A DNA stretch of 60,788 nt, filler included, from Bipalium vagum (GCA_037834085.1; 3 parts of 3 records of this genome joined end to end with filler, not necessarily neighbours in it), one strand, 5' to 3'. Numbered from the whole stretch's first letter, positions 38,644-52,770 are shown. Made by a program: numbers and translations. The notes: generated by a model from the letters alone, not told the origin.

Positions 38644-39150
38644 ACAGTGGTGTTCAATAAAATAGTAGTGCTATGGTAAAAACTTTAGTAACAATAATTT
38701 TCATAAATATGGTTTCCGGTATTTGATTATTGATAAAAACAGGAGTTAATCATTTTTAACTTATAATATCACTATAAAAATGTCTTGAAATGAAATAGAG
38801 ATTTCAACGTGTTCAATAAAATAGTAATAATTTACTTTAATTGGATAATATATTAATTAACACAAGTAGATCAATAAATTGTTTATATATACATATTTAT
38901 CATTTAAGGTAATAAACTTATTTTAATTTAAAAAAAGATATTACAGAAGCCTAAAATGGTCTCAGTAAACATTGCACTAAAGCTGAGCGATTTCTAATTA
39001 AAAAGGTATCTAAGGAAGGGAAGCGTATGTCGAAATATAAAATATCATGAATCCCTCGACTACAATGATTTCTAACACATTATAATGGAAAATTGGTCGT
39101 GAAAACCGTGATTAAAAAAGTATTATATCAGCTGTAGATGATCGTAACAT
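38644..39150 (+). mobile_element. Tc1-like 5' remnant
   Basis: TA-CAGTGGTGTTCAATAAAATAG terminus, with the same motif repeated near 38809, then a decayed N-terminus MV(L)SKHCTKAERFLIKK. Confidence 0.55.
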
Positions 39151-39358
39151 AATACTAAGTCATTTTGTATTTCTTTCATAAATGATGAGCATTTATTTCA
39201 CATTACACATGCATGATTTTCAACCAATCAAAATAAAATCTATTCGAAATACATTTCCTAACAATAGACATATACATATTATCAGATTTTGCTTTGATTT
39301 GTTGAAAATCGTGTGTATTTAAAAGATCAATTTGCTATTTTTCCAAAATCTATATATA

Positions 39359-39748
39359 TACTGCCCTGCCGAAAGTCTTCGGCCACCTAGTAAATATTTC
39401 GAAAATATAATTTAATCTAATTTAAATATAAATATGAATTTTGCTTGCCTACTTTTTATAAAAATTTGAAGATTTATAATCTATTTTTAGAGATTTTAAA
39501 CAATCAATCAATATGCGTTAGAGTTAAATTTTGATTTTCTTTGAAGAATGACAAAAATTACCCTCAAACATTCTGAAAAATATAGTGGATAGCATGCCTC
39601 ATTAAGGCGAAAGGTTATTCTGCACCATATTAAATATTATTTTATGTACTATTCTCTATGTCCTCTTGTAATAAATGGTCTTGGAATTTTGCTTTGTTTA
39701 TTATATAATATATTTTTACTAAGTGACCGAAGACTTGGCAGTGCAGTG
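39359..39748 (+). mobile_element. Non-autonomous Tc1-type deletion derivative
   Basis: ~35-bp imperfect TIRs (ctgccctgccgaaagtcttcggccacctagtaaa / tttactaagtgaccgaagacttggcagtgcagtg) flanked by TA. Internal residue LIKAKGYSAPY* matches a Tc1 C-terminus. Confidence 0.8.
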
Positions 39749-42599
39749 TAATAATAATAAATAATAATAAAAGTTATCGAAAAATATTTTCAATTAAATT
39801 GTAATATTGTATTTATGTTATTTGTTTTTTAAAAATTTTTTCACCTTTATTTTATATTTCCATATGAGAAAGAAATACGTCAAGACAACCGTGAATGTTA
39901 TAAAATCGAGATTGAGTTTCACTGTTGCTTGTTTATGGTTCACGTTGAAAGACAAAAAGCTCTTTGAGATCACCCCGTAGACAGAAATATTTCAGCCCGA
40001 AATATGGATTTTCATGAAACAAATATTACTGAAAATCCTAAATGATACATAACAACAGCGTGAAGTATAAGACAAAAGAAACATTCTAGCTTGATATGAA
40101 ACTGTTCATTAATACTTGATGATCCTCGACATTTCTGTAACCCATCTACTTTGCTCACAAACGGAGATATTCTCTATTAGTGCTAGGACAATTGCTGCTG
40201 TATGAAATCGTTGATCCCACTCCATACGGACATTTGCCCGGGCAAAGTGACAAGGAGGATGCTGCATTATCGATCCGTTTCGATGTTTACATTTTCGTTT
40301 TAATGAGATTAAATTTTTAATTTCATTCTCCGATTATATTTCTGGAAATTAATTTTTTTTATTTTTAATTTTTTTTGTTTTTGTTTTTTTTTCAGAAATT
40401 TTTCTGAAGAAAACTAAAGAAATATTCTACGAAAGGGACTTTTGAAGTATATTTATTGTTTAGAAAAATATTCGAGAATAATTAATTTTATTTTTAATAA
40501 GAGGTATGCACTAGGAAAAAAATAACTGGTTTTTAATATTTTAATATTTATTTCACAAACTGATCGTGTTTAAAAATTCGTTTTAATTAACTTGAAAATA
40601 TTATTTCAATTGGTCATTTTATAAATATAAAAATTTGAAAAGAAATCAATAAAAATTAAAAATAACGTTTTTAATTGTTTTAATCTCTAAAAAAAATTAT
40701 ATAATAATAAAATTAATAAAGGAACTTTTGCAAGTATATTTTCCTGATTATATATAAATTTAAGTTAATTATTTTCATTCAATTTAAACAATCTGAACCC
40801 TTTCTCATTTCCTTTCAATAAAAAATTTTTTTCGAGAATTGTTCATTTATTAATTCATCTGACTAATTAATTTATAAAATTTAATTTATGGAAAGATTTT
40901 TCTGAAAATCATTAAAATAAATAAATAATTAAAATAACAAATAATTTTTTTCTCAATGCAATTTTCTAAATCCTTTTAGTTATTACCAATGTGAGAATGC
41001 ACATTTGAGTATGATACAAACTCTTTCGATTATCAATATTTTATATTAATTTTTATTTCAACAAGGAAAACGTCTCAAAAAATATTTTCTTTTATTTATT
41101 TATTTTCTTCATTTATACATGTAAATTCTTTGTTTATTTTCTCCTAAGTTATTATTAAATATTTTTCTTTCAATTCAAACAATTTCACCTGTTTTCATTT
41201 GTTTTTGAAGAATAAATTGTTTATCTATTAATTCAAAGGATTAATTATTACGAAATAATAAATGTATCGAAAGAAATTTATTCAATATAATAATAATTTC
41301 AATAAATAGATAATAATTAAAACAAATAAATATTTCCCATTACAATTTTTATTAATTAATTTTTGGGTTACTGTAACAATAAAGAAGTACATTTAAATAA
41401 ATAATAATAAAATTTCTCTTATCACTCTTATATTATATTGGTTCCTAATTCAACTAGGTAAACACATTTAAAAATACATTTCTTTTTTCAAAATTAATTA
41501 TTTTAATAAATTATCATCAAAAAAGTATCAGTCAATTATTTAAACAAGCGTATCCTTTAATTTTTATATAATTGATTATTTGGATTAATATTTGGGATTT
41601 GACAACGGTGAACCATTAAAATACAGGATGATTTTACTTTTCTACTTAATACTTCTATCAATGCACTTTTTAAGAATACTTTTTCCAGGGACTACAAGAA
41701 AGATTGCCATTTATTATTCAGAAAGGAAAATGTAAATCACTAAGTAAGATACAAATATGAGGAAGTACATAATTAAAATAACAATTTACATGTTTACAGC
41801 ATTTTCAAGATGATGTCTTTCCTGTTTAATGCACGAGTGCAATCGAGTTTCAAAATTATGAAAAAAATTTCTAAAACATATCAGAAAAAATGCAAGCAAT
41901 TTCATTGGTGATTTTTTCACATAACACTGGAATGGTTAGAGACGATGATTTAAACACTTCCCTTAATAAAGCACCAGAGGAAGAAATCCAGAGCAGTTAT
42001 CGGAGGTCAATGAATTCCTGTGTCATTTGTTATAAGCCTATCATTGAACATTTCGTGCAGTACATTTTTAAATGAGTAACAGTTTCTTTTGGGCGCCCAG
42101 TCCTGGGAAGGTCTGCAAAATTTCCAGTCTGCTAGAAGAGATGGATAAGATTATTGATTGTTTTACGTTTTGGAACTTTCACTTACTAACCAAATTTAGT
42201 TTATCATGCTCTTTGAACAGCTGTAGGTGATGCGCCATTATAATATAATTAATTCTAAATAAATAAATAAAATTACAAAATCATTACATGATCTTACATA
42301 GACAAACGGTACGAGATCATGAAAAAATTCAAAAATTGCTAATATTGAATTATTAAAAAAATTAAATATACCTAACTTACCTTTTATGACAAATTTATTA
42401 AATTAAAACAAATATGAAAATATATGTCGATTTATTTTAAACATTTTAAATAGGAAGTAATAATAAAAATAAATTATGAATAGACTTATCGAGCATTCTG
42501 TACATAATGACAAAAATCATTATTTAAATCCATAACATGCTAACAATATAAAATTGTATTCTTAAAACTTTGTCGGCTTTCTTTAAAAACACCATGTAT

Positions 42600-43000
42600 A
42601 TACCAAAACACCAATATTTACCAGAAGAATCTGTTGGTAAGTGTTTGTTGGAAATTCATAAAACCGGGTTTACCAATCACAATAAAAAAATTGTAATCAA
42701 CTGAACAAAATGATACACAAACTTAAAACCACACAGCTCAAATTATTCAAAGATTAACGTCTATTTTATTGCATGATAATGCTAGAACACATTCTGTACA
42801 AATGATAAGTGAAAAACAACAGGAATTTGAAATGGGCGCTCTGCTCATTTACAAGACAAAGCTCCACTAACTATTATTTCTTTCGCAATTTGGACAAAAT
42901 TCATTAGAAAAACAATTCAATTTCGACGATAATGTAAAACTAATCTCTTATTTATTGATTATCATCCAACATGGTTTTTTATGACCAGGCTGAAGAAACA
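42600..43000 (+). mobile_element. Mariner 3' fragment
   Basis: SILLHDNARTHS motif at about 42760-42800. Confidence 0.65.
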
Positions 43001-44789
43001 GTAGCTTAGTATTTCATTTTACAAATTTCATATTTGACAACCTGATACGTACAAGTTGATTTATCAATAATTATTCAACAAAGAAATATTTAATCAATAC
43101 CTTAAGCAATCCAAAACAAAATTTTTTTTTAACATTTTGTGTTTTTTTTATTTCTTTTAAATATTTTTAGTAATTGTAATGATGATTAGGTGCATTGTCA
43201 TACAAAAACATTAGCGACCCGATAAAACTTAGAAAATATTCAATTTAAGGATATATTCAAGTGAAATAGATATCAAAACTATTATAATATAATTATATAT
43301 AGCTACAGTGCATTTTACACCTGTTTGCTCTCAAGTATTTCAATAGAAAATATAATCTTTTCTTATATAAATTAGAATTGTTAACCATCCAAAATATCAG
43401 AAACCTTTCATGAACATTTTATTTTTGTTTTATTAATTAAATTAATTATATTGATTGGGTCTTAACTTGGGGTTGCATATTATTTATAACACACTCTATA
43501 TTAAAAAATATATTAATACAATATTAATTCGTATTTTGAATAACAAAATGTTTCTATGAAAATAGTCTGCGATTCTCAGACAACAAGTCGGTCGTGCGTG
43601 AAGAGTCGTAGATCGGCATTCTTCTGCCAATGGCAGAGAGCGCAGAACTCGCTCGTTGAACGAAACTTGCTTTCACAGAGATCGGACGACAGCAAAAAAA
43701 CAGATTATGAGTAAATCATTCATCTCAATTAAAAACTAAATTTCGGTGTCTTTGGTAGAGGTAATTATAATTTCATTCTCAGATATAATTTATGACTTTT
43801 GAGTACATTGAGAGATAAATCTCTCCAGCTCTTATATTCGTTTGGAAGATGGACTTGTAAGTAAAGTCTTTGGACTTTGGCTGATCTATTTGGAGAACTT
43901 TATATTTTTATACCATTTTACTTCCTTTTATGTGTATGTACTATTTCCTGTGCCAGTTAAAAAATTTTCCGAATATTAAATAAGTTTTACTTTTTTATAA
44001 GATATTAAATTTATTATTTTATTATTATTTGTGTTATATTTTATTAATATTTTATAAATTATATATTTATTATATTTAATATATTAAATTATGATATTAT
44101 AATATTATTCCTTTATATTTGATTTTTATATTTTATATTTTTATATTTTATAGTATTATATTTTATTATTTTACTATATTTTTATTTATTATGATTGTAT
44201 TATGTTAATATTTATATTTAAATATTTAAAAATTCATTTTAATATGAAATTAAATGTTTATAATTAATAGTTAAATATTATATATATATAAATATAATAT
44301 ATTAAATATAAATATTATATATATATATATATTAAATATTATAATATATTAATAATATTTCTGTAATTTTTTATTTATTAATAAAATTTGGATAAAAAAT
44401 AAAATGAAGTATAATCTCCAAAATACAGAAAATAGTCTTTATACGAATAAAAAAATATTTAAACTATTCTTTGCGGAATTTTCCTCTTTAACGATCAGTC
44501 AAGATTGAAAATGGCAAATGGCGGAGAAGATTCCAAACTCACTATGAAAAAGGAAAAATATAAAAAAATTATTTTTATTCATTATAATGATCAATATTGT
44601 CTGAAGTCAGTTCTTCAGAGCGAACATCGTGACGCGGAGTTCCGGGTTCGTCTGGCTTCTTGGTGTGAATATTTAGGCAAATATTGAATTATAAAATATT
44701 TTATAACTGTAAACATTCTGGAATTATTTTTAAAAATTTGTCACATATTAAATAATATATTGGAGCATTTCAAAAGTTCTGGCCCGGTT

Positions 44790-45240
44790 TGATAATAATT
44801 AAAAAGATTAATATTAAATATGAATAAAAGTTGCATAATCAACATTTCTCTCTAAAATTCATCTCAAAAACTGTTCGAACCCATTTTAATCGAATTTCCT
44901 TGTTTTTCCGTGGATAAAGTCAGTAAGATCGGTTTCAACAGCTTCATCTAAATTAAACTACATACCATTCCAACTATTGTGTAAATACCAGAACAGATAA
45001 AAATAAGAAGGTGCAATATCTGGAAAGTATGATGACTGTCGGAGAATTTCCAATTTCAATTCTTGCTGATTCTGAAATATCTTTTCCTCAACGTTTGGTT
45101 TGGACTCATGTTGGTGAAAGAATATTCCTTTTCGATTGTTCAAAGTCGAAAGATTTTGACGAATAGCAACATTTAATCTAGTAATTTGTTCACGGATCTC
45201 CTCTCTTGTCAATTCACAAACTCGCCTAACAGCTGTTAAA
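44790..45240 (-). mobile_element. Mariner 3' fragment
   Basis: RKGIFFHQHESKP and SYFPDIAPSYFYLF (compare YSPDLAPSDYYLF). Confidence 0.75.
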
Positions 45241-45249
45241 ATGAATCCA

Positions 45250-45888
45250 ACTATAAGCACTCCCACATTCGTTAACAGTACTAGACAGTCAGAATCCTCA
45301 ATACAAAGGCATTCGCATAAAAACAATTTGCAATACAGGAAAGGCAGGATCATTCCTCATGATTTGACTGAAGTTCAATGGCCAAAACAGAGTCCAGTCC
45401 TGCATAACTTTGCTTCGTCAAAATAAAAACAAACTTTTCCTGGATCAAATTTTAACATGTAAAATGAGTCTTGGGTTCTCTACGATAATCGCCAACCAGA
45501 TAATCAATTGCTTCCCTCAGGCCATGCCTCTGAGCCTATTTCCAAACGGGTTTACTGACAGCAACAACGTCTCTGAGTCAGATGATACGTGTTGTACATT
45601 GGGAACTTCTTCCACGTATTTAAACCATAAATGCTAATGTCTATCAAGCCCGGATATATGGTAAGCTTTGTCGTTCTTTTTTACACAACCTGGTCGCGAA
45701 AAGTTTACTTCTTTCAATAAGATTTGGTCAGATTCCATACCACTAAACCAACGCTCCAAAACATCGGGATGGGAATTGCTTTGTCATTCTACTTACTCAC
45801 CTGACTTGTCCAAAAAGGACACTACTTTATTTGAAATTATTTGTATTGCTTGTGTTTAATACTCAAGAACTTTTGGGACAACCTAATA
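45250..45888 (+). mobile_element. Mariner remnant with right TIR
   Basis: IIPHDLT (WVPHEL-like), FLDQILT, GWELLCHSTYSPDL; ends aacttttgggacaacctaata. Confidence 0.75.
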
Positions 45889-46339
45889 GCATTATAATAG
45901 TATAAATATTATATTAAATAAGTTTAAATCAAATCTTTTACATTCACGACGTGACAGGTAGGTGAAGTATAGAGTTTACAGAACATTTTCTTTAAAGAAT
46001 TAAAATGTTGAGAATATTAATTGAGAAAATGTTTCATTTCTTTACATAAATAAGAATTCCGTAAGAAGTATGACTGAGCAGAGAAAAATGAAGGTTGTTC
46101 AGCTTGACAGACAAGAGTTTGTTGAACATTGTGATGAAAATTAATGACTTAAAGTCATTCCTTTGAGATTTTTAAAGAAATAAATTCTGGAAAAGAAGTG
46201 AAAAAATTGATTTTACTATATCTCAACTAAACCCTATTTACGGATATCTATGAGGTTAGATATTATGGGTACAAATATATAATGCGGATATTTTTAATAA
46301 GCGAAGCATGGTATTGTCGAAACAAAATGAAAAATAATT

Positions 46340-46830
46340 TATTCAAAATAATGGTCATTGTTATCCTTGACATTTGGATTTGTCATCTCTCCAAATTAAC
46401 ACTTTCACCTGGTTTGAGAAGCTCATGGTACACCAGGTCTTGTTGATCCCACCAGATACAGAGATTTGTTTTCTTTCCGAAGCTGTCTGATCTTGCAGTT
46501 TGTTTTGATGGTTCACTTTATTGCCTTCTTGGTAACACTTAATTTTTTGAAAAGTTGACTTTGCGATTGTCAAGCATCTTCATTCAATAAATTTTGTAAA
46601 TCGTGGTTTTCAAATTTGGAAGAACGTCCTGGGCGTTCTTTTATCCTTTACACTAAGATCATTACTTCTGAAGCGGTGAAACCAACGCTTGCATGTGTCC
46701 TGAGATACTACATGTTTTCCACAAGCATTGTATAATATCCTACAGCTTTCTGCAGCGGTTTTGTTTATCATGAAGTAATGGATGAGAATTTACCGCAAGG
46801 GTTCTTTGCTCGGCGTAAATGTTAGCATAT
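46340..46830 (-). mobile_element. Mos1/mauritiana-like mariner 5' remnant
   Basis: MLTFTPSKEPLR*ILIHYF..KTAAESCRIL..TCKRWFHRFRSND closely parallels the Mos1 N-terminus. Confidence 0.8.
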
Positions 46831-47539
46831 TTAGATCTAAAATTTTTGAAATTATTAACATATTATGAAAAATTAAATGCTTACCCTATTAATTAGATAT
46901 TATTCAAACAAATCGATTTATATTTCAATATCTCAATAAATCTATTTTAAATAAATCCGCATTATTTCTTTGTAACTCTGATATTTCTAAATGACCAATC
47001 TTAATAAATTTGAAAAAAAATGTTCACGGGGTTTACACTTTAATTTAACACTTTTAAAAATGTTTTTTATATTATATTTAATTAGTTAATAGGTATGTGA
47101 ATAATTTAACAGGGTTATTATTAAAAATGTGTACATGGTTACCAAAAAGTAACTAGAGTTTTTAATAGGCTACTATTTTTAGTAACATTGGAAATTACAA
47201 ATGCTTTCTATATTAATTAATTCATTATTCTATCGGATTTTATTAATTCTTATTTTTAGAACAATGTCTTCTAGATTGGAAATGAAGATCGAGTATTGTT
47301 GGTAATATTGGTATAATTAGATATTCAAATAGCACGATGGTTAGAAAATAGAAAAGTTAGAATTACACAAGGAAAACCATTATTTAGGATTATTCAGATA
47401 ATGTATCGATCAATGAGCTGTCTGTTGTGTATGGAATAAATTTGAAATCACAGGTAAAAAAATAGAAAAATGAAGAATTGACAAGAAATCAAGAAGGAAT
47501 AGACGTTATAATAAATTAACCGACAATGTTGCTTCAAAA

Positions 47540-47830
47540 ATTCTATCGTTTGTTGACAATGACGCAACAATGACGCTTAAAAATAAGAATTTTTAAGAAT
47601 GAATGTACAAAAAGTAGAATTTCTTCCTCTTCACAGTTTATTTCTTAATCAGATTAAAGATGTCTGTTCTGAAACGAAACATTTTCACAAATCAATAAAA
47701 TCTGAGAAGCAAAACGACTTACAAATTGTTATACTGGGTGAATTTTTGACCATCACTTGTGAGGATTTCCAACAGTATTTCCCCGACATTCTATGATACT
47801 TACCTCACCGTATACGACTCGAGGTTTTAC
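47540..47830 (+). mobile_element. IS630/Tc1-like 3' remnant
   Basis: VEFLPLHSLFLNQIKDVCS resembles FLPPYSPFLNPIEEVFS; probably the same broad family as 4338-4960. Confidence 0.5.
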
Positions 47831-48339
47831 ATGATTAAATTTTTTGTGTCCTTTTTTATGATATTCTTGTACATTATAATATCATATTTACTTGGATTTA
47901 ATTTTAACAATGCCGATTTGATGTACCAAAAACTGTAATATTTATTCTTCTGGTTTCGGTCAACAGAAAGTATCCAAATCTTTTTCAAGATGATATTGGC
48001 CTATATGTTGCACAAATGGCGTTTTAAGAATAGATCACAAGGAACTATGAAATTTTGCCTAATCTTGCATACTTCCGAATTTTTCGTCTCCCATTGTGTT
48101 GTCATCAAAGATAAAATTTTCATTAAAAAAGGTGCTGTCAAAATTGTCGAACTCAGACCCCAGAATTCTATGCAATTGATATATAAGTATGTATAGACTC
48201 CAACAGTTGCTAACCTGCTATAATTATCCCCCATCACCTTAAAAAACGACTAAGAAAAGCATACATTTGATAGTTATTCTGATTTATTATTGTCCCAGAT
48301 ATAATCATGATTTGTATATAGGTAAGATATGAATTTTAT

Positions 48340-49059
48340 AATCATGTGGATTTCTAAATAGCGTAAAGTTTCTAATATTGCATACCACGAGGTTACCAAT
48401 TTTGAAAAAGAAAGAATTGGATTCTCTCAACGCCAGGTTCCATGTAGTCTGTGCACGGACAACAAAATTATTAATAATATATTGGTGGAATAAATGGCAA
48501 GAAACTAGGTGTATTAAACCCAAAGAAGGTCTCAGGCAACATATTCCTCATACTAAGCGCATGGACAGAACAATTTTCACTCTATTAGTAATCTCGATTC
48601 ACGTCTTACAGACAACAGGACTTAGATTTACAAAGTATAGGTAAGAAGTTTACAGCGTCGTGTCATGCAGTTAAGTTTTCCTTCATTTCAGTTAATTATC
48701 AAAATTATATTGACTCAACTAAACAGTTCTAACCGGTTAATTTGGAGCAAAGAAAGATTTGATTGATCTAATAAAAGTTGGCAGAAGGTTATTTTTAGCG
48801 ATAAATCACAGTTCTGCTTGGATAGGGCACGATGGATGAGTTTGAGTCATGCGGCAAAGTATAGAACGGTTTTGGGATTGTTGCATCGTAAGTTAGAGGA
48901 AGCTCAACTATGAACTTAGTGTTACCCTGTCTTCTTAACAATTAAGCCATTTGATAATTATTGATTGGACTTTGAGTGGTGAGTTGTAAATTTCAAATGA
49001 CTGTTTTAATCATTTTTCTAACTGGAATAATAAATAAAGGCTAATTTTGGCTCACAGTA
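48340..49059 (+). mobile_element. Tc1-like remnant
   Basis: HTH-like ORF 48378-48644, WQKVIFSDKSQFCL motif, and a terminus-like ctaattttggctcacagta. Confidence 0.7.
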
Positions 49060-51353
49060 TATTTCACATAATAAAATATTTTTAGGCTTGACTTATTTAA
49101 GTGTAAAGTTGAATTTTAAAATCTGACATTCTTTTCCGAGCACCTTAATAAAAGTACTATTAGAAACGCGGAAAATATTGCTTTCTTCACTTTTTGAATT
49201 ATTTTTTCATTAAAAAGAAATCATAGTGGTAAGTGGAAAATGTACATAATAAATATTGATCTATCAAATTAATTGCACAGATATTGTTGAAGCAAAAATC
49301 AATATGATAATAAAGTTTTATTATTATGTTTTGTTAATCAAAAACTCATCAATCAAAGCTCATTAATCAAAAACCTCATTTATTTAACACAAGGATTACC
49401 AAAGTATTCACATAATTTGATCTCATTAAATTATTTATGTTCTGTTAATCTAAATGAAAAACACCCAATGAAAATTATTTAAAATAAAAAAAATAATTTA
49501 AATATTTTTATAAAAGAATTTTAATAATATTTTCATAGTGAAAAAATGATAATCAATTAGAGGATTTCTTTAGTTAAATCACCTGAAATAAGGAATGGAT
49601 TAAAACTCTTAGAATTTTCCTGGGAAATCTTAAATTAAAAAACAAAGAAGATCAAAAAGGAATTTGGAGAATTTTTAAAAAAATAATAAATAATTCGACT
49701 AACTTTCTATTTTAACTATTTATTATTTTAATTTATAATTTATTATTAGTTTAATTTAAACCTTACACTTAGTATTATTAACTTATGTAATATCTGTAAT
49801 ACTCAATGGATATAAGGAGGCTAAGCAGACCATGGAAATTTCTAATTTTATAATCGTATTTATATGATGATCCGGTGCCCTTATTAATACAGTTCAAAAT
49901 ATTCGTTTATACGGAATCGTTTGTCGTCCCTTAATCGTAGATCCTATCATGATATTGAAATGAATTCACGTTATCCGTTTGTGTGTGTCTTCATTAAAAT
50001 TGTTGGTTGTAATTGAACACGACGACACCATAAATGTTTTAGGCGGGATGCATGAGACATATGGAGAAATATAAACCGATCCGAATCGAGATGGAAATAC
50101 AATGTGTCAAAATCATGACAAATAGCAATAACTGAACAAATTTAGTTAAAAAATGAACTGAATTACATTAGGAAACTTTACTGCTGCGAAATATTTAAAA
50201 TATTTAAAATAAAAACACAGAAAAGTGCGAAACATTTGCCTGTACAGGTAGTTACGTTGGAGGGTAAATACTGGAAATCACAAGCTTATTCTTACACCTT
50301 TCGGTTTTCCTATCTAGATCTCAATACGTGTGGTTGCTTTTCCTTCAAACCTTAGTACAAAGGAACCAGATTTAGTAATAAATGTATTGGACCTCTGTTC
50401 AAGAATTATCCAAAGGAATGCACAACTAAATTAAGGTCTGAAGCATTTGAATGACCTCAAATTGTTGGTAGATATTATCAATTTTAGGAGATAGGAAATT
50501 GGTAAAGGAAAGTAATCAATTGACATTGTTAACATGACGACCTGATAAGTCCGATCTCCATAGGTACTTCGTCTGGGTGGAACTCGCTCAGAGTTGAATT
50601 CTTCACTTGTGCAATTAGCATTTAAATATCACAAAAGTTCTTTTTTAAAATAAGAATTGTTTCATTAACAATTTTTAATTTCCCTTCGTAGTAAAACAAA
50701 ATAAAAAATATGTTGTCAAAATTGGCCCAGTTTTGAAAGAAAACGTTCTCACAAGAAAATCTTTGTAATTATAAATAATTATAAAATTATAATTATGAAG
50801 AAGAAGAAAAAAATAATTTCTTTCCCAACATAAATAAAGCGACAAAGTTGTTCTTTTTTTTTAAAAAAAAATCCATTTTTATCTAATGAAATAATAATCA
50901 ACAACAAAATCCCCATTCTCCTTTTTATCTCCCTTTGACAAAAGGAAGATTTCCCTTTGCGAAAAAGACAAATAAATATCAAAAATCTAAGTGAACATTA
51001 AACCTTCATTACAGATTTAAACAATACGATTTCAGAACTGCTCAAGCAGAATATCCATGGAATGGAAATATAAATAAATAATATAAAATAAAATTCATCA
51101 GGCTTTTATTGACTTAAATCTGATTTATTGAACTCGGCAAATAAAGTTTGGGGCATTTGTCGTCGTTTCACGTTAACAGAAGACTGTTTTGTTTTACTGA
51201 GCAAGTAGAGTAAATATATTATGAAAATATCTATTTAAACAAAAAAAACAAATAAACAATGAAAGATGGTAAACAAAACACATTTTTTGCCATTGAAATT
51301 TTTATTGAAAATAATTTTCACATGGAACATTGTTATAACCATTGACAACATTG

Positions 51354-52073
51354 TCATGAGATGATAGACAAAGTATGTTCTTGGAAAGTGGAAAAAACCT
51401 GTTTGAATTCGCGCCGGAACTTTTCATTCAGCCAACCGTAAAGGATGGGGTTTGTACAAGCAGACGTTAGGACCATCAACAGACAAATCGATTGAACGCC
51501 AAGCGCAAACGGTCCGACAGATTGGTTGACGTTTTTGGCATCTTTTGACATGGTCGTCTTCATGATCATCGGATAGAGATCCATGATTATATTGCTGAGA
51601 TTCAGGGGCAGCCAACTTATGGCAAAGACTATTGTTATGCTAAGCAGTAAAATGTTGGCCCTCTTTTGTCTTTGGATGTCGAATTTCTGTTTTTTGTTCA
51701 AAGGTTCAATTTCATTCAATACCACGTCATTTGAATCGGGCTGCTTTTTCTGAAGGTTAACTGAAACTTTACACGACATTCTCTGTTTAATTCTGCAATA
51801 TATTTTTGTGTAGGTTATTGTAACGATTGTCAGCGGAATCAAGTATAAAAGTATCAGGGTAGAAATGGAATAGCCCACTTTTATCTTCTGAATGTAACTT
51901 TCTGCCGTATGTTCCGTACAGATGGTATGATTTCCAAAGGAAAATTGGACAGTTTCGGTGTCAGAGAAGAACAATAACGGACTGGCAATAAGTAAAGATA
52001 AAATCCATATCCCGATCATTACTTTGATCGCTCCAGAAACCTGCAAGGGAGTCACGGATGGATATATGATTAC
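51354..52073 (-). CDS. Neuropeptide Y/F-type rhodopsin GPCR, 3' exon (ICL2 to TM7 and tail); 5' exon(s) not found in window
   Basis: Acceptor tctttag|GTA gives VIIYP, i.e. immediately after the DRY position. Then IWILSLLIASPL (TM4), ECL2 Cys, YLIPL (TM5), FAISWLPLN (TM6) and SACTNPILYGWLNEKFRREF (TM7, NPY/NPF-receptor style). Confidence 0.9.
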   Translation of the reverse strand, partial: VIIYPSVTPLQVSGAIKVMIGIWILSLLIASPLLFFSDTETVQFSFGNHTICTEHTAESYIQKIKVGYSISTLILLYLIPLTIVTITYTKIYCRIKQRMSCKVSVNLQKKQPDSNDVVLNEIEPLNKKQKFDIQRQKRANILLLSITIVFAISWLPLNLSNIIMDLYPMIMKTTMSKDAKNVNQSVGPFALGVQSICLLMVLTSACTNPILYGWLNEKFRREFKQVFSTFQEHTLSIIS

Positions 52074-52469
52074 CTAAAGATGGTTTTACATTAAAACATT
52101 TTTCTGTAAAGGATTTGATGTAAAACAAAATGGAAAAATGGTTTCGTTTATTATATATAGAATTTTTATAATGTATTTCAATATTATTTCCTTAGAAATA
52201 ACAATTGATTACATTTAGATATTACTAATTTGTTTATATTGATTAAAAGTATAATAATTTGATAAGATAATTTTGAAATATTAGTTATATGTATTAAAAG
52301 GTAGCCTATTTAAATAGCTGTAATAAAGAAAAATTATACATTTGTTTAAATATACTATTTGAATATATTTTGTTAATGCATTTTTCAAAAGTAATCAATT
52401 AAAACAGTCTGATATCTTTAATTATTTTCTTATTTTTATTCTTTTTAGATAGTGGTTTATATACCAAAT

Positions 52470-52770
52470 AAGCGAAATTTGCGCGAAGTGATGTCATTTC
52501 ATTTTATTAAAACTTACAGAATCTTTTTTGTGGCTTACGGGGATAAAATATAGTTTGTACATTTCCAAAAGTAAACCGATCTTGCTAAATCATTAAATAC
52601 TTCTCAATCTTCAATTTGCGAGAGTCTATAAGCCATGGGATAGGTATATAAAGTAGAAAGATGGGTACCATACAAGCTCAAGGTAAAAGCATGGAAAGAC
52701 GAAAAGTCACAAGTGGAATTTGCTTGCTCGACAAAAAAGGAAAATTTTCCTGCTTATTATTAACGATAGA
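52470..52770 (+). mobile_element. Mariner fragment
   Basis: RWVPYKLKVK and LLARQKRK.F segments. Confidence 0.55.

Noticed and set aside
44600-44670. tRNA-like word gagttccgggttcg
   Set aside because: B-box incomplete and no T-stem complement.
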